From the NCBI GenBank assembly GCA_032718475.1, contig JAUCBJ010004064.1:1-38809 (forward strand): a DNA stretch of 38,809 nucleotides. The letters run 5' to 3'. Numbering within the stretch: position 1 is the stretch's first letter; each line of letters begins with the position of its first letter. The stretch is from Nemertoderma westbladi. Lineage: Eukaryota > Animalia > Xenacoelomorpha. Of the stretch, positions 10,686 to 23,659 are shown in pieces. A model generated the notes under the pieces. The model was not told the DNA's origin and made no database searches. It saw nothing but the letters and a program-made list of their open reading frames with translations. Position numbers and translations under genes: made by a program.

Positions 10686-11417
10686 CTATGATTATAATAT
10701 TAAATCCTTTTAAATATTACGAGGTATATCTAGAATTCTATAGTTGTACCTGTACCCTATGCATTTGAGCTACTATTAGGGTAGTTTATTAAGGTACTTT
10801 AAGCTATTAAACTGTAAATGGTGGATGTCAACGGTTTGATTGGTTCCGGTATTAATGTGGGGTGATTCGTGAAGTCTAGGTCGAACCTTTGTGTGACACG
10901 ATATAATTAGTGGATCGTTTGTCGCCGTTGCCAATGTTTGAACACTAACAAGTCAGTGAATCTTTAATGAAGTGGTACCAAACTTGGTACACAAGTAAAA
11001 GTCTTAAGAAATTTAGAAATTATACACGCAGTCTTATATATAGTTCCTCTTTCGGCCGCTAGGGGACGAATTACAAGAAACCTAGAAAATGCTATATAAT
11101 TATAGGACCAACCATCATTTTAAATTAGGTAAGAGTCAGGCCTGTTCCACTTGTATTGATATACAGTACAAAGGCTTATCCTGGTTCGTAGTGCGCGAAG
11201 GCCGACGAACATGAAACTGGAGCATTAGCTATTTATATTGTCTTTATGTTTTTCTGTGTAGGCTATATATACTGTATATTTACTTGTGTTGTTATGTGCG
11301 AAGGGAACAAGACAAATTGTGCCAAATGACAAACAACTAAACCATTAACTAAGTCCATTTCAAATCGTTATGTATTTTAATGTGTCAAAATACAATGTAG
11401 TCAATAGGGTTACGTAC

Positions 11418-11767
11418 CTGTATTGTTGATCTGGATAAGTGACTGGTTGACTATCGTTACAAACTCTTTCCTCCACATAACCAAATGGCCCAAAACGGCA
11501 GCATTTAACAATGTATTCTAGAATAAATCCATTCCGATTTCCGAAAGGAATGGTATCCCATAGAAGAGATACAGAGCGAGAAGTTAATGACGTCACCCGT
11601 AGGCTTATGGGAGGCCCGGAGGGGCGTCCCTCCGGTAACCACACAGTCAGCCAATCAGAGAATCCCCTCTTCCCGGATGGATTAACGGTTTCCACGGTTA
11701 CATTATAATCTAAACCACCAGTCAAATGTCGAATCCTTAGATGCGTCGATGTCAACGGTACTTTTTC
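11418..11767 (-). CDS. FN3 receptor gene exon
   Basis: LTGGLDYNVTVETVN...PEGRPSGPPISLRVTSLTSRSVSLLWDTIPFGNRNGFILEYIV; TTTATAG acceptor, GTACGT donor; phase 0/2. Confidence 0.9.
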
Positions 11768-11910
11768 CTATAAATAAAATATCTAACAATAAGATAATGA
11801 GGCAGTTATATTATAACAACCTTCTGTACATTATGTAACCCCGGAATCCCCAATGTTCAAATAATTTATATTCATAGGTTCCAATCTTAATTAATATCGG
11901 ACCTGGACAA

Positions 11911-14900
11911 CAAGTAATAAGTAATATTATCTAATCCTTACCTTAAACTCTAATCATATTCATGTAATCCAAGTAATAAGTAATATTATCTAATCCTTAC
12001 CTTAAACTCTAATCAGATTCCTGTAAACCAAGTAATAAGTAATATTATATAATCCTTACCTTAAACTCTAATCATATTCATGTAATCCAAGTAATAAGTA
12101 ATATTATCTAATCCTTACCTTAAACTCTAATCATATTCATGTAATCCAAGTAATAAGTAATATTATCTAATCCTTACCTTAAACTCTAATCATATTCATG
12201 TAATCCAAGTAATAAGTAATATTATCTAATCCTTACCTTAAACTCTAATCATATTCCTGTAATCCAAGTAATAAGTAATATTATCTAATCCTTACCTTAA
12301 ACTCTAATCAGATTCCTGTAAACCAAGTAATAAGTAATATTATCTAATCCTTACCTTAAACTCTAATCATATTCATGTAATCCAAGTAATAAGTAATATT
12401 ATCTAATCCTTACCTTAAACTCTAATCAGATTCATGTAATCCAAGTAATAAGTTATATTATATAATCCTTACCTTAAACTCTAATCATATTCATGTAATC
12501 CAAGTAATAAGTAATATTATCTAATCCTTACCTTAAACTCTAATCATATTCATGTAATCCAAGTAATAAGTAATATTATCTAATCCTTACCTTAAACTCT
12601 AATCATATTCCTGTAATCCAAGTAATAAGTAATATTATCTAATCCTTACCTTAAACTCTAATCAGATTCCTGTAATCCAAGTAATAAGTAATATTATCTA
12701 ATCCTTACCTTAAACTCTAATCAGATTCCTGTAAACCAAGTAATAAGTAATATTATCTAATCCTTACCTTAAACTCTAATCAGATTCCTGTAATCCAAGT
12801 AATAAGTAATATTATCTAATCCTTACCTTAAACTCTAATCATATTCATGTAATCCAAGTAATAAGTAATATTATCTAATCCTTACCTTAAACTCTAATCA
12901 GATTCCTGTAAACCAAGTAATAAGTAATATTATCTAATCCTTACCTTAAACTCTAATCAGATTCCTGTAATCCAAGTAATAAGTAATATTATCTAATCCT
13001 TACCTTAAACTCTAATCAGATTCCTGTAAACCAAGTAATAAGTAATATTATCTAATCCTTACCTTAAACTCTAATCAGATTCCTGTAAACCAAGTAATAA
13101 GTAATATTATCTAATCCTTACCTTAAACTCTAATCAGATTCCTGTAAACCAAGTAATAAGTAATATTATCTAATCCTTACCTTAAACTCTAATCAGATTC
13201 CTGTAAACCAAGTAATAAGTAATATTATCTAATCCTTACCTTAAACTCTAATCAGATTCCTGTAATCCAAGTAATAAGTAATATTATCTAATCCTTACCT
13301 TAAACTCTAATCAGATTCCTGTAATCCAAGTAATAAGTAATATTATCTAATCCTTACCTTAAACTCTAATCAGATTCCTGTAATCCAAGTAATAAGTAAT
13401 ATTATCTAATCCTTACCTTAAACTCTAATCATATTCATGTAATCCAAGTAATAAGTAATATTATCTAATCCTTACCTTAAACTCTATAATCAAATTCCTG
13501 TAATCCAAGTAATAAGTAATATTATCTAATCCTTACCTTAAACTCTAATCATATTCATGTAATCCAAGTAATAAGTAATATTATCTAATCCTTACCTTAA
13601 ACTCTAATCATATTCATGTAATCCAAGTAATAAGTAATATTATCTAATCCTTACCTTAAACTCTAATCATATTCATGTAATCCAAGTAATAAGTAATATT
13701 ATCTAATCCTTACCTTAAACTCTAATCATATTCATGTAATCCAAGTAATAAGTAATATTATCTAATCCTTACCTTAAACTCTAATCATATTCATGTAATC
13801 CAAGTAATAAGTAATATTATCTAATCCTTACCTTAAACTCTAATCAGATTCCTGTAATCCAAGTAATAAGTAATATTATCTAATCCTTACCTTAAACTCT
13901 AATCAGATTCCTGTAATCCAAGTAATAAGTAATATTATCTAATCCTTACCTTAAACTCTAATCATATTCATGTAATCCAAGTAATAAGTAATATTATCTA
14001 ATCCTTACCTTAAACTCTATAATCAGATTCCTGTAATCCAAGTAATAAGTAATATTATCTAATCCTTACCTTAAACTCTAATCAGATTCCTGTAATCCAA
14101 GTAATAAGTAATATTATCTAATCCTTACCTTAAACTCTAATCATATTCATGTAATCCAAGTAATAAGTAATATTATCTAATCCTTACCTTAAACTCTAAT
14201 CAGATTCCTGTAAACCAAGTAATAAGTAATATTATCTAATCCTTACCTTAAACTCTAATCAGATTCCTGTAAACCAAGTAATAAGTAATATTATCTAATC
14301 CTTACCTTAAACTCTAATCAGATTCCTGTAATCCAAGTAATAAGTAATATTATCTAATCCTTACCTTAAACTCTAATCAGATTCCTGTAATCCAAGTAAT
14401 AAGTAATATTATCTAATCCTTACCTTAAACTCTAATCATATTCATGTAATCCAAGTAATAAGTAATATTATCTAATCCTTACCTTAAACTCTATAATCAG
14501 ATTCCTGTAATCCAAGTAATAAGTAATATTATCTAATCCTTACCTTAAACTCTAATCAGATTCCTGTAATCCAAGTAATAAGTAATATTATCTAATCCTT
14601 ACCTTAAACTCTAATCATATTCATGTAATCCAAGTAATAAGTAATATTATCTAATCCTTACCTTAAACTCTAATCAGATTCCTGTAATCCAAGTAATAAG
14701 TAATATTATCTAATCCTTACCTTAAACTCTAATCAGATTCCTGTAATCCAAGTAATAAGTAATATTATCTAATCCTTACCTTAAACTCTAATCATATTCA
14801 TGTAATCCAAGTAATAAGTAATATTATCTAATCCTTACCTTAAACTCTAATCAGATTCCTGTAATCCAAGTAATAAGTAATATTATCTAATCCTTACCTT

Positions 14901-17900
14901 AAACTCTAATCAGATTCCTGTAATCCAAGTAATAAGTAATATTATCTAATCCTTACCTTAAACTCTAATCAGATTCCTGTAATCCAAGTAATAAGTAATA
15001 TTATCTAATCCTTACCTTAAACTCTAATCAGATTCCTGTAATCCAAGTAATAAGTAATATTATCTAATCCTTACCTTAAACTCTAATCATATTCATGTAA
15101 TCCAAGTAATAAGTAATATTATCTAATCCTTACCTTAAACTCTATAATCAGATTCCTGTAATCCAAGTAATAAGTAATATTATCTAATCCTTACCTTAAA
15201 CTCTAATCAGATTCCTGTAAACCAAGTAATAAGTAATATTATCTAATCCTTACCTTAAACTCTAATCAGATTCCTGTAATCCAAGTAATAAGTAATATTA
15301 TCTAATCCTTACCTTAAACTCTAATCAGATTCCTGTAATCCAAGTAATAAGTAATATTATCTAATCCTTACCTTAAACTCTAATCATATTCATGTAATCC
15401 AAGTAATAAGTAATATTATCTAATCCTTACCTTAAACTCTATAATCAGATTCCTGTAATCCAAGTAATAAGTAATATTATCTAATCCTTACCTTAAACTC
15501 TAATCAGATTCCTGTAATCCAAGTAATAAGTAATATTATCTAATCCTTACCTTAAACTCTAATCATATTCATGTAATCCAAGTAATAAGTAATATTATCT
15601 AATCCTTACCTTAAACTCTATAATCAGATTCCTGTAATCCAAGTAATAAGTAATATTATCTAATCCTTACCTTAAACTCTAATCAGATTCCTGTAAACCA
15701 AGTAATAAGTAATATTATCTAATCCTTACCTTAAACTCTAATCAGATTCCTGTAATCCAAGTAATAAGTAATATTATCTAATCCTTACCTTAAACTCTAA
15801 TCAGATTCCTGTAATCCAAGTAATAAGTAATATTATCTAATCCTTACCTTAAACTCTAATCATATTCATGTAATCCAAGTAATAAGTAATATTATCTAAT
15901 CCTTACCTTAAACTCTATAATCAGATTCCTGTAATCCAAGTAATAAGTAATATTATCTAATCCTTACCTTAAACTCTAATCAGATTCCTGTAATCCAAGT
16001 AATAAGTAATATTATCTAATCCTTACCTTAAACTCTAATCAGATTCCTGTAATCCAAGTAATAAGTAATATTATCTAATCCTTACCTTAAACTCTAATCA
16101 TATTCATGTAATCCAAGTAATAAGTAATATTATCTAATCCTTACCTTAAACTCTAATCATATTCCTGTAAACCAAGTAATAAGTAATATTATCTAATCCT
16201 TACCTTAAACTCTAATCATATTCATGTAATCCAAGTAATAAGTAATATTATCTAATCCTTACCTTAAACTCTAATCATATTCATGTAATCCAAGTAATAA
16301 GTAATATTATATAATCCTTACCTTAAACTCTAATCATATTCATGTAATCCAAGTAATAAGTAATATTATCTAATCCTTACCTTAAACTCTAATCATATTC
16401 ATGTAATCCAAGTAATAAGTAATATTATCTAATCCTTACCTTAAACTCTAATCATATTCATGTAATCCAAGTAATAAGTAATATTATCTAATCCTTACCT
16501 TAAACTCTAATCATATTCATGTAATCCAAGTAATAAGTAATATTATCTAATCCTTACCTTAAACTCTAATCATATTCATGTAAACCAAGTAATAAGTAAT
16601 ATTATCTAATCCTTACCTTAAACTCTAATCATATTCATGTAATCCAAGTAATAAGTAATATTATCTAATCCTTACCTTAAACTCTAATCATATTCATGTA
16701 ATCCAAGTAATAAGTAATATTATCTAATCCTTACCTTAAACTCTATAATCATATTCCTGTAATCCAAGTAATAAGTAATATTATCTAATCCTTACCTTAA
16801 ACTCTAATCATATTCATGTAATCCAAGTAATAAGTAATATTATCTAATCCTTACCTTAAACTCTAATCATATTCATGTAATCCAAGTAATAAGTAATATT
16901 ATCTAATCCTTACCTTAAACTCTAATCATATTCCTGTAATCCAAGTAATAAGTAATATTATCTAATCCTTACCTTAAACTCTAATCATATTCCTGTAATC
17001 CAAGTAATAAGTAATATTATCTAATCCTTACCTTAAACTCTAATCATATTCATGTAATCCAAGTAATAAGTAATATTATCTAATCCTTACCTTAAACTCT
17101 AATCATATTCATGTAATCCAAGTAATAAGTAATATTATCTAATCCTTACCTTAAACTCTAATCATATTCCTGTAATCCAAGTAATAAGTAATATTATCTA
17201 ATCCTTACCTTAAACTCTAATCATATTCATGTAATCCAAGTAATAAGTAATATTATCTAATCCTTACCTTAAACTCTAATCATATTCATGTAAACCAAGT
17301 AATAAGTAATATTATCTAATCCTTACCTTAAACTCTATAATCATATTCCTGTAATCCAAGTAATAAGTAATATTATCTAATCCTTACCTTAAACTCTAAT
17401 CATATTCATGTAAACCAAGTAATAAGTAATATTATCTAATCCTTACCTTAAACTCTAATCATATTCCTGTAATCCAAGTAATAAGTAATATTATCTAATC
17501 CTTACCTTAAACTCTAATCATATTCATGTAAACCAAGTAATAAGTAATATTATCTAATCCTTACCTTAAACTCTAATCATATTCCTGTAATCCAAGTAAT
17601 AAGTAATATTATCTAATCCTTACCTTAAACTCTAATCATATTCCTGTAATCCAAGTAATAAGTAATATTATCTAATCCTTACCTTAAACTCTAATCATAT
17701 TCCTGTAATCCAAGTAATAAGTAATATTATCTAATCCTTACCTTAAACTCTAATCATATTCATGTAAACCAAGTAATAAGTAATATTATCTAATCCTTAC
17801 CTTAAACTCTAATCATATTCCTGTAATCCAAGTAATAAGTAATATTATCTAATCCTTACCTTAAACTCTATAATCATATTCCTGTAATCCAAGTAATAAG

Positions 17901-18363
17901 TAATATTATCTAATCCTTACCTTAAACTCTAATCATATTCATGTAATCCAAGTAATAAGTAATATTATCTAATCCTTACCTTAAACTCTAATCATATTCA
18001 TGTAAACCAAGTAATAAGTAATATTATATAATCCTTACCTTAAACTCTAATCATATTCATGTAATCCAAGTAATAAGTAATATTATCTAATCCTTACCTT
18101 AAACTCTAATCAGATTCATGTAATCCAAGTAATAAGTAATATTATATAATCCTTACCTTAAACTCTAATCAGATTCATGTAATCCAAGTAATAAGTAATA
18201 TTATCTAATCCTTACCTTAAACTCTAATCATATTCATGTAATCCAAGTAATAAGTAATATTATCTAATCCTTACCTTAAACTCTAATCATATTCATGTAA
18301 TCCAAGTAATAAGTAATATTATCTAATCCTTACCTTAAACTCTAATCATATTCCTGTAAACCA
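11911..18363. repeat. 59-bp intronic satellite array, ~109 copies
   Basis: Unit CAAGTAATAAGTAATATTATCTAATCCTTACCTTAAACTCTAATCA(T/G)ATTC(A/C)TGTAA(T/A)C, with occasional +2-bp variants. Confidence 0.98.
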
Positions 18364-18508
18364 AATTTACAGGAATCCGGATAAAACTAACAGGTTAAAA
18401 ATTCAAACATAAATTAGCTCTTCATCACCAGAAACATTTTTCAAGAAGGACTAACATTCAACGTCAATAATACCTCATCATACATTTTGGTTTACTCATA
18501 AATCTTAC

Positions 18509-18655
18509 CCAGGAGGAACCATTTATACTGCGCCATAACACAACGTAATGAGATATCGTTAAGGTTCCATTGGGTGATAGGGGTGGTTGCCAAGCAACTG
18601 TTATCGAATTCCAATTTATGACTATCACCTCAACGTCACGACAGGGAGGCAGTGG
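18509..18655 (-). CDS. FN3 receptor gene exon
   Basis: PLPPCRDVEVIVINWNSITVAWQPPLSPNGTLTISHYVVLW; TTGCAG acceptor, GTAAGA donor; 147 nt, phase 0/0. Confidence 0.9.
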
Positions 18656-19394
18656 CTGCAATAAAAGTTAAATATTCTGTAAGAAAATAATAATTATATA
18701 GCCTACTGTATGTATATTTTGTGTATATTGAATTAGAATTTAATAGAAACTAAATCGTATGATGTATGTAGCGGAGATGGACTGCATTCGGATTCATGGC
18801 GTTGTTCATTTCATCCTCACCTCTTTAGCAATATGCCAAACTCTGTTTATTGTTAGTACGAACCAGCTGTTTTGACACACCCATTATCACCTCCTACCAG
18901 GCATTAGGCCTACTGGGGCTTTATTGAACCATTGATGTAAGGGGAGGGGGGCAAGAAGGGAATGGCTTCCTATTGGATATTTGGGATGAAGAATTATTAT
19001 AATTAATCCTGGGCCAATAGTGTTAGCTTGTTTCACACATATAACATTCATGTATTGGCTTCATTGATCATTGGTAGAATTTTAATTACAAATAACAAAA
19101 TAACAAAACAAATAGTGGTTCCCCCTAAGGAGCCATTAAATTCACGTACTTTTAGTTGCAACTGAGATATTACATTTTATTATAGTTTTACAATATCAAC
19201 TTGGATCTCTTTACTACTCTAAACTTTGTAACTCACTGATGGATACACCTCAGATCAGTATTAATCATTATTATTATTATTATTATTATTCACTATTATT
19301 TACTCTCTATAAATGATAGATCTAATGTACAGAAACAGGTTGCTGTGCTTTTTGGGATAGTACTACAGTAAATCGAGTTACAACAGACAGACAG

Positions 19395-21365
19395 ACGAAA
19401 ACGGGCGAAAAAGTTTGAAATGTAGAGAAAACAGACGAAAATAGTAAGATCGTTTAAAAATTACCACCAGATGAAAATAACTATTATTCTACATTTAAGT
19501 AGGTGTTATAATAAATTTAAAATTTAGTTGCATTCATTATAATCACCAATAGGCCTATAAGATTACTTTCTTCTCTACAATACCCACGACCTCCGAGAGA
19601 TGTGAATTCAATGCGACCACTACACCAAGGTGGAACCTATTACGGGTGGAACCAACGGTTGCCTTACAACCGTTGGTGCTGCTAGGCCTATCGCCTATCA
19701 GCTTATACAAATTCAAGGTAGGCCCTAATTACCAATAGCCTCTAGACCAGTGCCTTGGCAGTGGATTAATTATTACAGTGTACAGTGGACCGTGGGATCT
19801 TTAGACCTACTACTGTAGGCCTACTACTACTTACTACTGTACAACAATCAACACTACTCGTGTACGCAAATTTCCAATTGGGGAGTCGTTTCAGCCCTCC
19901 CATAGGGTTAATGTTAAATTAATATTGAAAAATTAGTGCAATTGAAGGCTTAATCAAACAGCTTAAATGTAAAATACAAGTAGCTCAGAATAAAGTAGTA
20001 CGATTTATTAAAGACTACAAACCCAGACACCACCTACCAGCCTACTGTAACTCAAGATGACTTCTCCGAACTTAACTTATATAGTAGAGTTAAGCAGCTA
20101 CGCCTTAACCGTGTGCTCGTGTGCATAAAGTGTCCCAATTACCTACAACAAAAGTAAAGAAAGCAGGTACGCCTTAACCATGTGCATAAAGTGTATAGGG
20201 GGCGGGGCCTAATGGTAAGTGTCCCAATAACCTAAGACAAAAATTCAACAGTACGCGATACACACTCTTACAGTACAGAGCTAGTGCTTCAATTATTTAC
20301 CTTTCGAATTGTAAATCCTTCGAAACTGATACTTTCTTTTTTAACGGTATTTACGTAATTATTTAAGTTTTATAATTTGTAATTTGTTCATAGTTACATA
20401 TTTATCTTTGAGTCGGAGTATTGTCTCGGTAAAGGTGAACGTAGTGTAATTACGTTTTATATTTGTTTTAGGTTAGTGTAGTAATTGTGATTTTGTAATA
20501 TTATATATGTAACCAAGTAACATAAAGGACCCCCTTGGAAATAAGCTGCAAAGCTTTAGGGTAATCCTATGTTATGTTGGACAATGCCTACTGTAGGCCT
20601 TTATACATTGTTTGGTGTATTTGTTATTGTTTTTACATAATGTATAAATAAATTTATCTATAAATAGCCTAGAAGTAAAAATTTTACTGTAAACTGTGTT
20701 CCTAAATTTATTTTATAGTTCTGGTTAGAAAAAGTTGGCATTAATACCTTCTAAAAAGGTACCTTAAATGGTGAATAGACCTATCGAAATTAAACATGTC
20801 GCGAAATTAAGTTAATATGTTAAAATCTGAAACGACATCCAAATTGGTAATATGCATACCGGTGTGCCAATGCGTTAGCATTGAATTTATTATTATTTCA
20901 GTACAGCGTACAGCGCAGTACATTACAAATTTGGATGTCCTTTCAGCCTATTTTAACATATTAATTTAATTTCACGAATATTTAATTTCAATATTCAACA
21001 TTTAAGGTACCTTTTAAAGGAAAGTAGGAGGTTATAAAGGCAGGCTTTTCTAACCAAAACAAACTAATTTTAGGAACACAGTACAGTAAAATTTGTACTT
21101 CTAGGCACTAATTTTTCATTATTAATTTAACATTAACCCTATGAGAAGGCTGAAACGACACCTTGGAAATTAGCCACCGGTACATGGTTCGCAATAACTG
21201 TGTTATTATAATCTTAATTTGGCGACATGGTATAAGCAACAAAATTTTAAATTCATTATAACACGTAGTTAAGTTTCATATTTATTTTCACCTGGTGGTT
21301 ATTTTTAAACGATCTAACTATATTCGTCTGTTTTCCCTACATTCAAGTGTTTTCGCCTGTTTTCA
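19395..21365. mobile_element. Old foldback (long inverted repeat) element with an interrupted left arm
   Basis: Right arm ~20920-21365 is the imperfect reverse complement of left-arm pieces ~19395-19535, ~19865-19939 and ~20667-20851. Confidence 0.75.
19940..20666 (+). mobile_element. 3' end of a CR1/L2-group LINE inserted in the foldback arm
   Basis: LKCKIQVAQNKVVRFIKDYKPRHH resembles post-RT LINE ORF2 sequence; ends in an AATAAA/AT-rich tail where arm symmetry resumes. Confidence 0.6.
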
Positions 21366-21588
21366 TGATCTACAGTAGTACCGGTTCCGGTACTAACAAT
21401 TTTTTGCTATTTGTATGAATTATACTATTGTTTGTTTTTTTTGCAATGTCTAAAGTGATTGACATTTACCTTATTTTCTCTCTATTTATTTATCAAAGAT
21501 ATCGGTAATTAAATAAGTGTCCTGGTAGGCCTAATGTGGTTGGTACGTGTATTTAACTCTGACTGATATAATATAATAATTGACAAAA

Positions 21589-22191
21589 ATGGATAATCTC
21601 AACATAATAATAGCGTTATTTCTATGTGTGAACTTCATTCACGCAGTTTATGGAGCCGTAACTTGTGAAGAAGGTTTCACGATTGTAGTTAAATCGGACA
21701 ATTCCAAAATACAGGAAGTTACGCAACAGATGTTTGATAATTTATCAACTCAATTGCCGAAGACAACTAATGATAATTGTGGGAAGTGTATGGCAATGTC
21801 TATCCTATTCGGTGGAAAGATGAAGGATGCTGATGTCAACGTCGCTATGTCAACGTCATTTGTTATGTGTTTGCCAGAAGAGGTTGTGGATATGTGCAAA
21901 CCTCTTACTGAGGACCAATGTCCTGGAAAAGGTGTTGACGAAATTCCTCTCGCAAAAGCCATACAGGGTATGGTAGAGGATTTGAAGCCCCAGTATGAGG
22001 ACCCTCAGGTAGCATGCCAGTGGGAATGTTGTGATGGAGCGTGCGATACCAAATGGAATAATAATCCTTTCGGAGCTGATGGGGAAGTTAATTGGAGTAG
22101 CTCTTTCTTAACCGGTGGGGCCCCTGGCAACGCAATATATATTTGTCTGGTGGTTGCCATGGTTGCACTCGGAGTACTGTTCCAGAACTAG
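21589..22191 (+). CDS. Secreted, probably GPI-anchored Cys-rich protein, Ly6/uPAR (three-finger)-like, 200 aa; nested antisense in an FN3 intron
   Basis: AAAATGG start context; N-terminal signal peptide (NIIIALFLCVNFIHAVYG); ~10 Cys in the mature part ending in ECCDGACD; small-residue region then a hydrophobic C-terminus with no cytoplasmic tail. Confidence 0.8.
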   Translation: MDNLNIIIALFLCVNFIHAVYGAVTCEEGFTIVVKSDNSKIQEVTQQMFDNLSTQLPKTTNDNCGKCMAMSILFGGKMKDADVNVAMSTSFVMCLPEEVVDMCKPLTEDQCPGKGVDEIPLAKAIQGMVEDLKPQYEDPQVACQWECCDGACDTKWNNNPFGADGEVNWSSSFLTGGAPGNAIYICLVVAMVALGVLFQN

Positions 22192-22626
22192 TACTGTAGG
22201 AATACGAATTGATACTGTGATCAAACATTACTATTTAGACACGTTGATTTTCAACTGTTACAAATAGTATAATTTAGTTTGTGTTAGTGATACATTACTG
22301 CTGTAAACTTCAGTATTTATTACCCAATATAATAGCGTGGGGCCTTCGAGAAGCACCAGAGTCAGTTAATTAATTAATTATATTTAATTGCGGTCAAAAA
22401 CATAATTTTTACTAGTAAAATGAATATGAACGGTATCGGGATTTTTAATTTTATTGCGGTCATACTCGTCCAAAACTTAAAATAGCTATATTCCTCTTTA
22501 TAGTAATAACAAAATCTTTCGAGAAAGCTCAAGTACTATAAAATGCCTAGATATATATGTAAAAATGTTAAATGACTTTTTCATTAAATGGTTCACAGAC
22601 ATAGTTTATTTCCCACGTACGTATTT

Positions 22627-23188
22627 CATGGGCAGCCTTGAATAGGCTTTCCAGGATTTGGAAGTCACAGAGAATTAATCGGAAACTTAAGGTCCGATTA
22701 TTTGGAGCAGCAGTAGTTCCAGTACTCCTCTATGGGAGTCCATGCTGGGCTCTCCATACTGGGCTCTAACTGCTGAGGACACCAAATCTCTGGATGGCAC
22801 ATTCACAATAATGCTACGCCGGGTTCATTATGTCAAGTACAATGCACACATCTCCAACCAGACACTATATAACATTGGAGGTGTCTCATTGGTTCCCCCA
22901 AGCTTGACACTAGAACAAAGTCGCCTCCGCTTTGCAGGACATTGCTTTCGCCTAGAGGACCAGCCAGTGCATAATCTTGTACTTTGGCAGCCACATGGAG
23001 TGAATAAGCATGGTGGACAGCCCATGACATTCTTGAGACGCATCTTAAAGGACACTGGCCTTAAAAATGCGGATGATCTAGCAAATGTCATGGGTGATAG
23101 TTAGTTGTGGCGGCGCAATTTTGTCGACAAGCCGGTACAGCATTCTTAAAAATGCAGCTGCAATGCAGCATGCCGATCCTAGTAGTAG
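22627..23188 (+). mobile_element. 5'-truncated RTE-clade LINE, copy 4
   Basis: Near-identical to copies 1 and 2; (TAG) tail; small internal duplication near 22740-22765. Confidence 0.9.
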
Positions 23189-23659
23189 GGAAATTGCGTT
23201 CAATATAAAATATATAGTTAATAATGAAATTGACAAAACAAGTCATAATCTTTTTTCTAGTTCAAATCGTATTAGTACTATTTTATGTAATTACTGTGAT
23301 ATGGGGATATTTTTGCAAATATTTACTATTAAAACTAAACATTTTTATAAGAAATTAATAAAATAGGAAATTTTCGGTTTCAGTATTTAGAGTGCATTAA
23401 CAGTAGGCCTACATTGATAATCAACTATGATTTATACACATCAGCCATGATGTTACCGGTAAAGCGTACTACTGAAACTGAATAAAGAAATGTCGCAATG
23501 CAGCATATAACCTGCCTAGTTGTCGAATGCAAATAATTCTTAGAACTCTGAATTATACAATTCACCTGGCAACTTCCAATAATCAGAAGCTGAAGTTAGA
23601 AAAATAACAGTTATAATTGTTCTCCAAAATTTATAAAGAAAGTTAGTAAATAAACTAAC

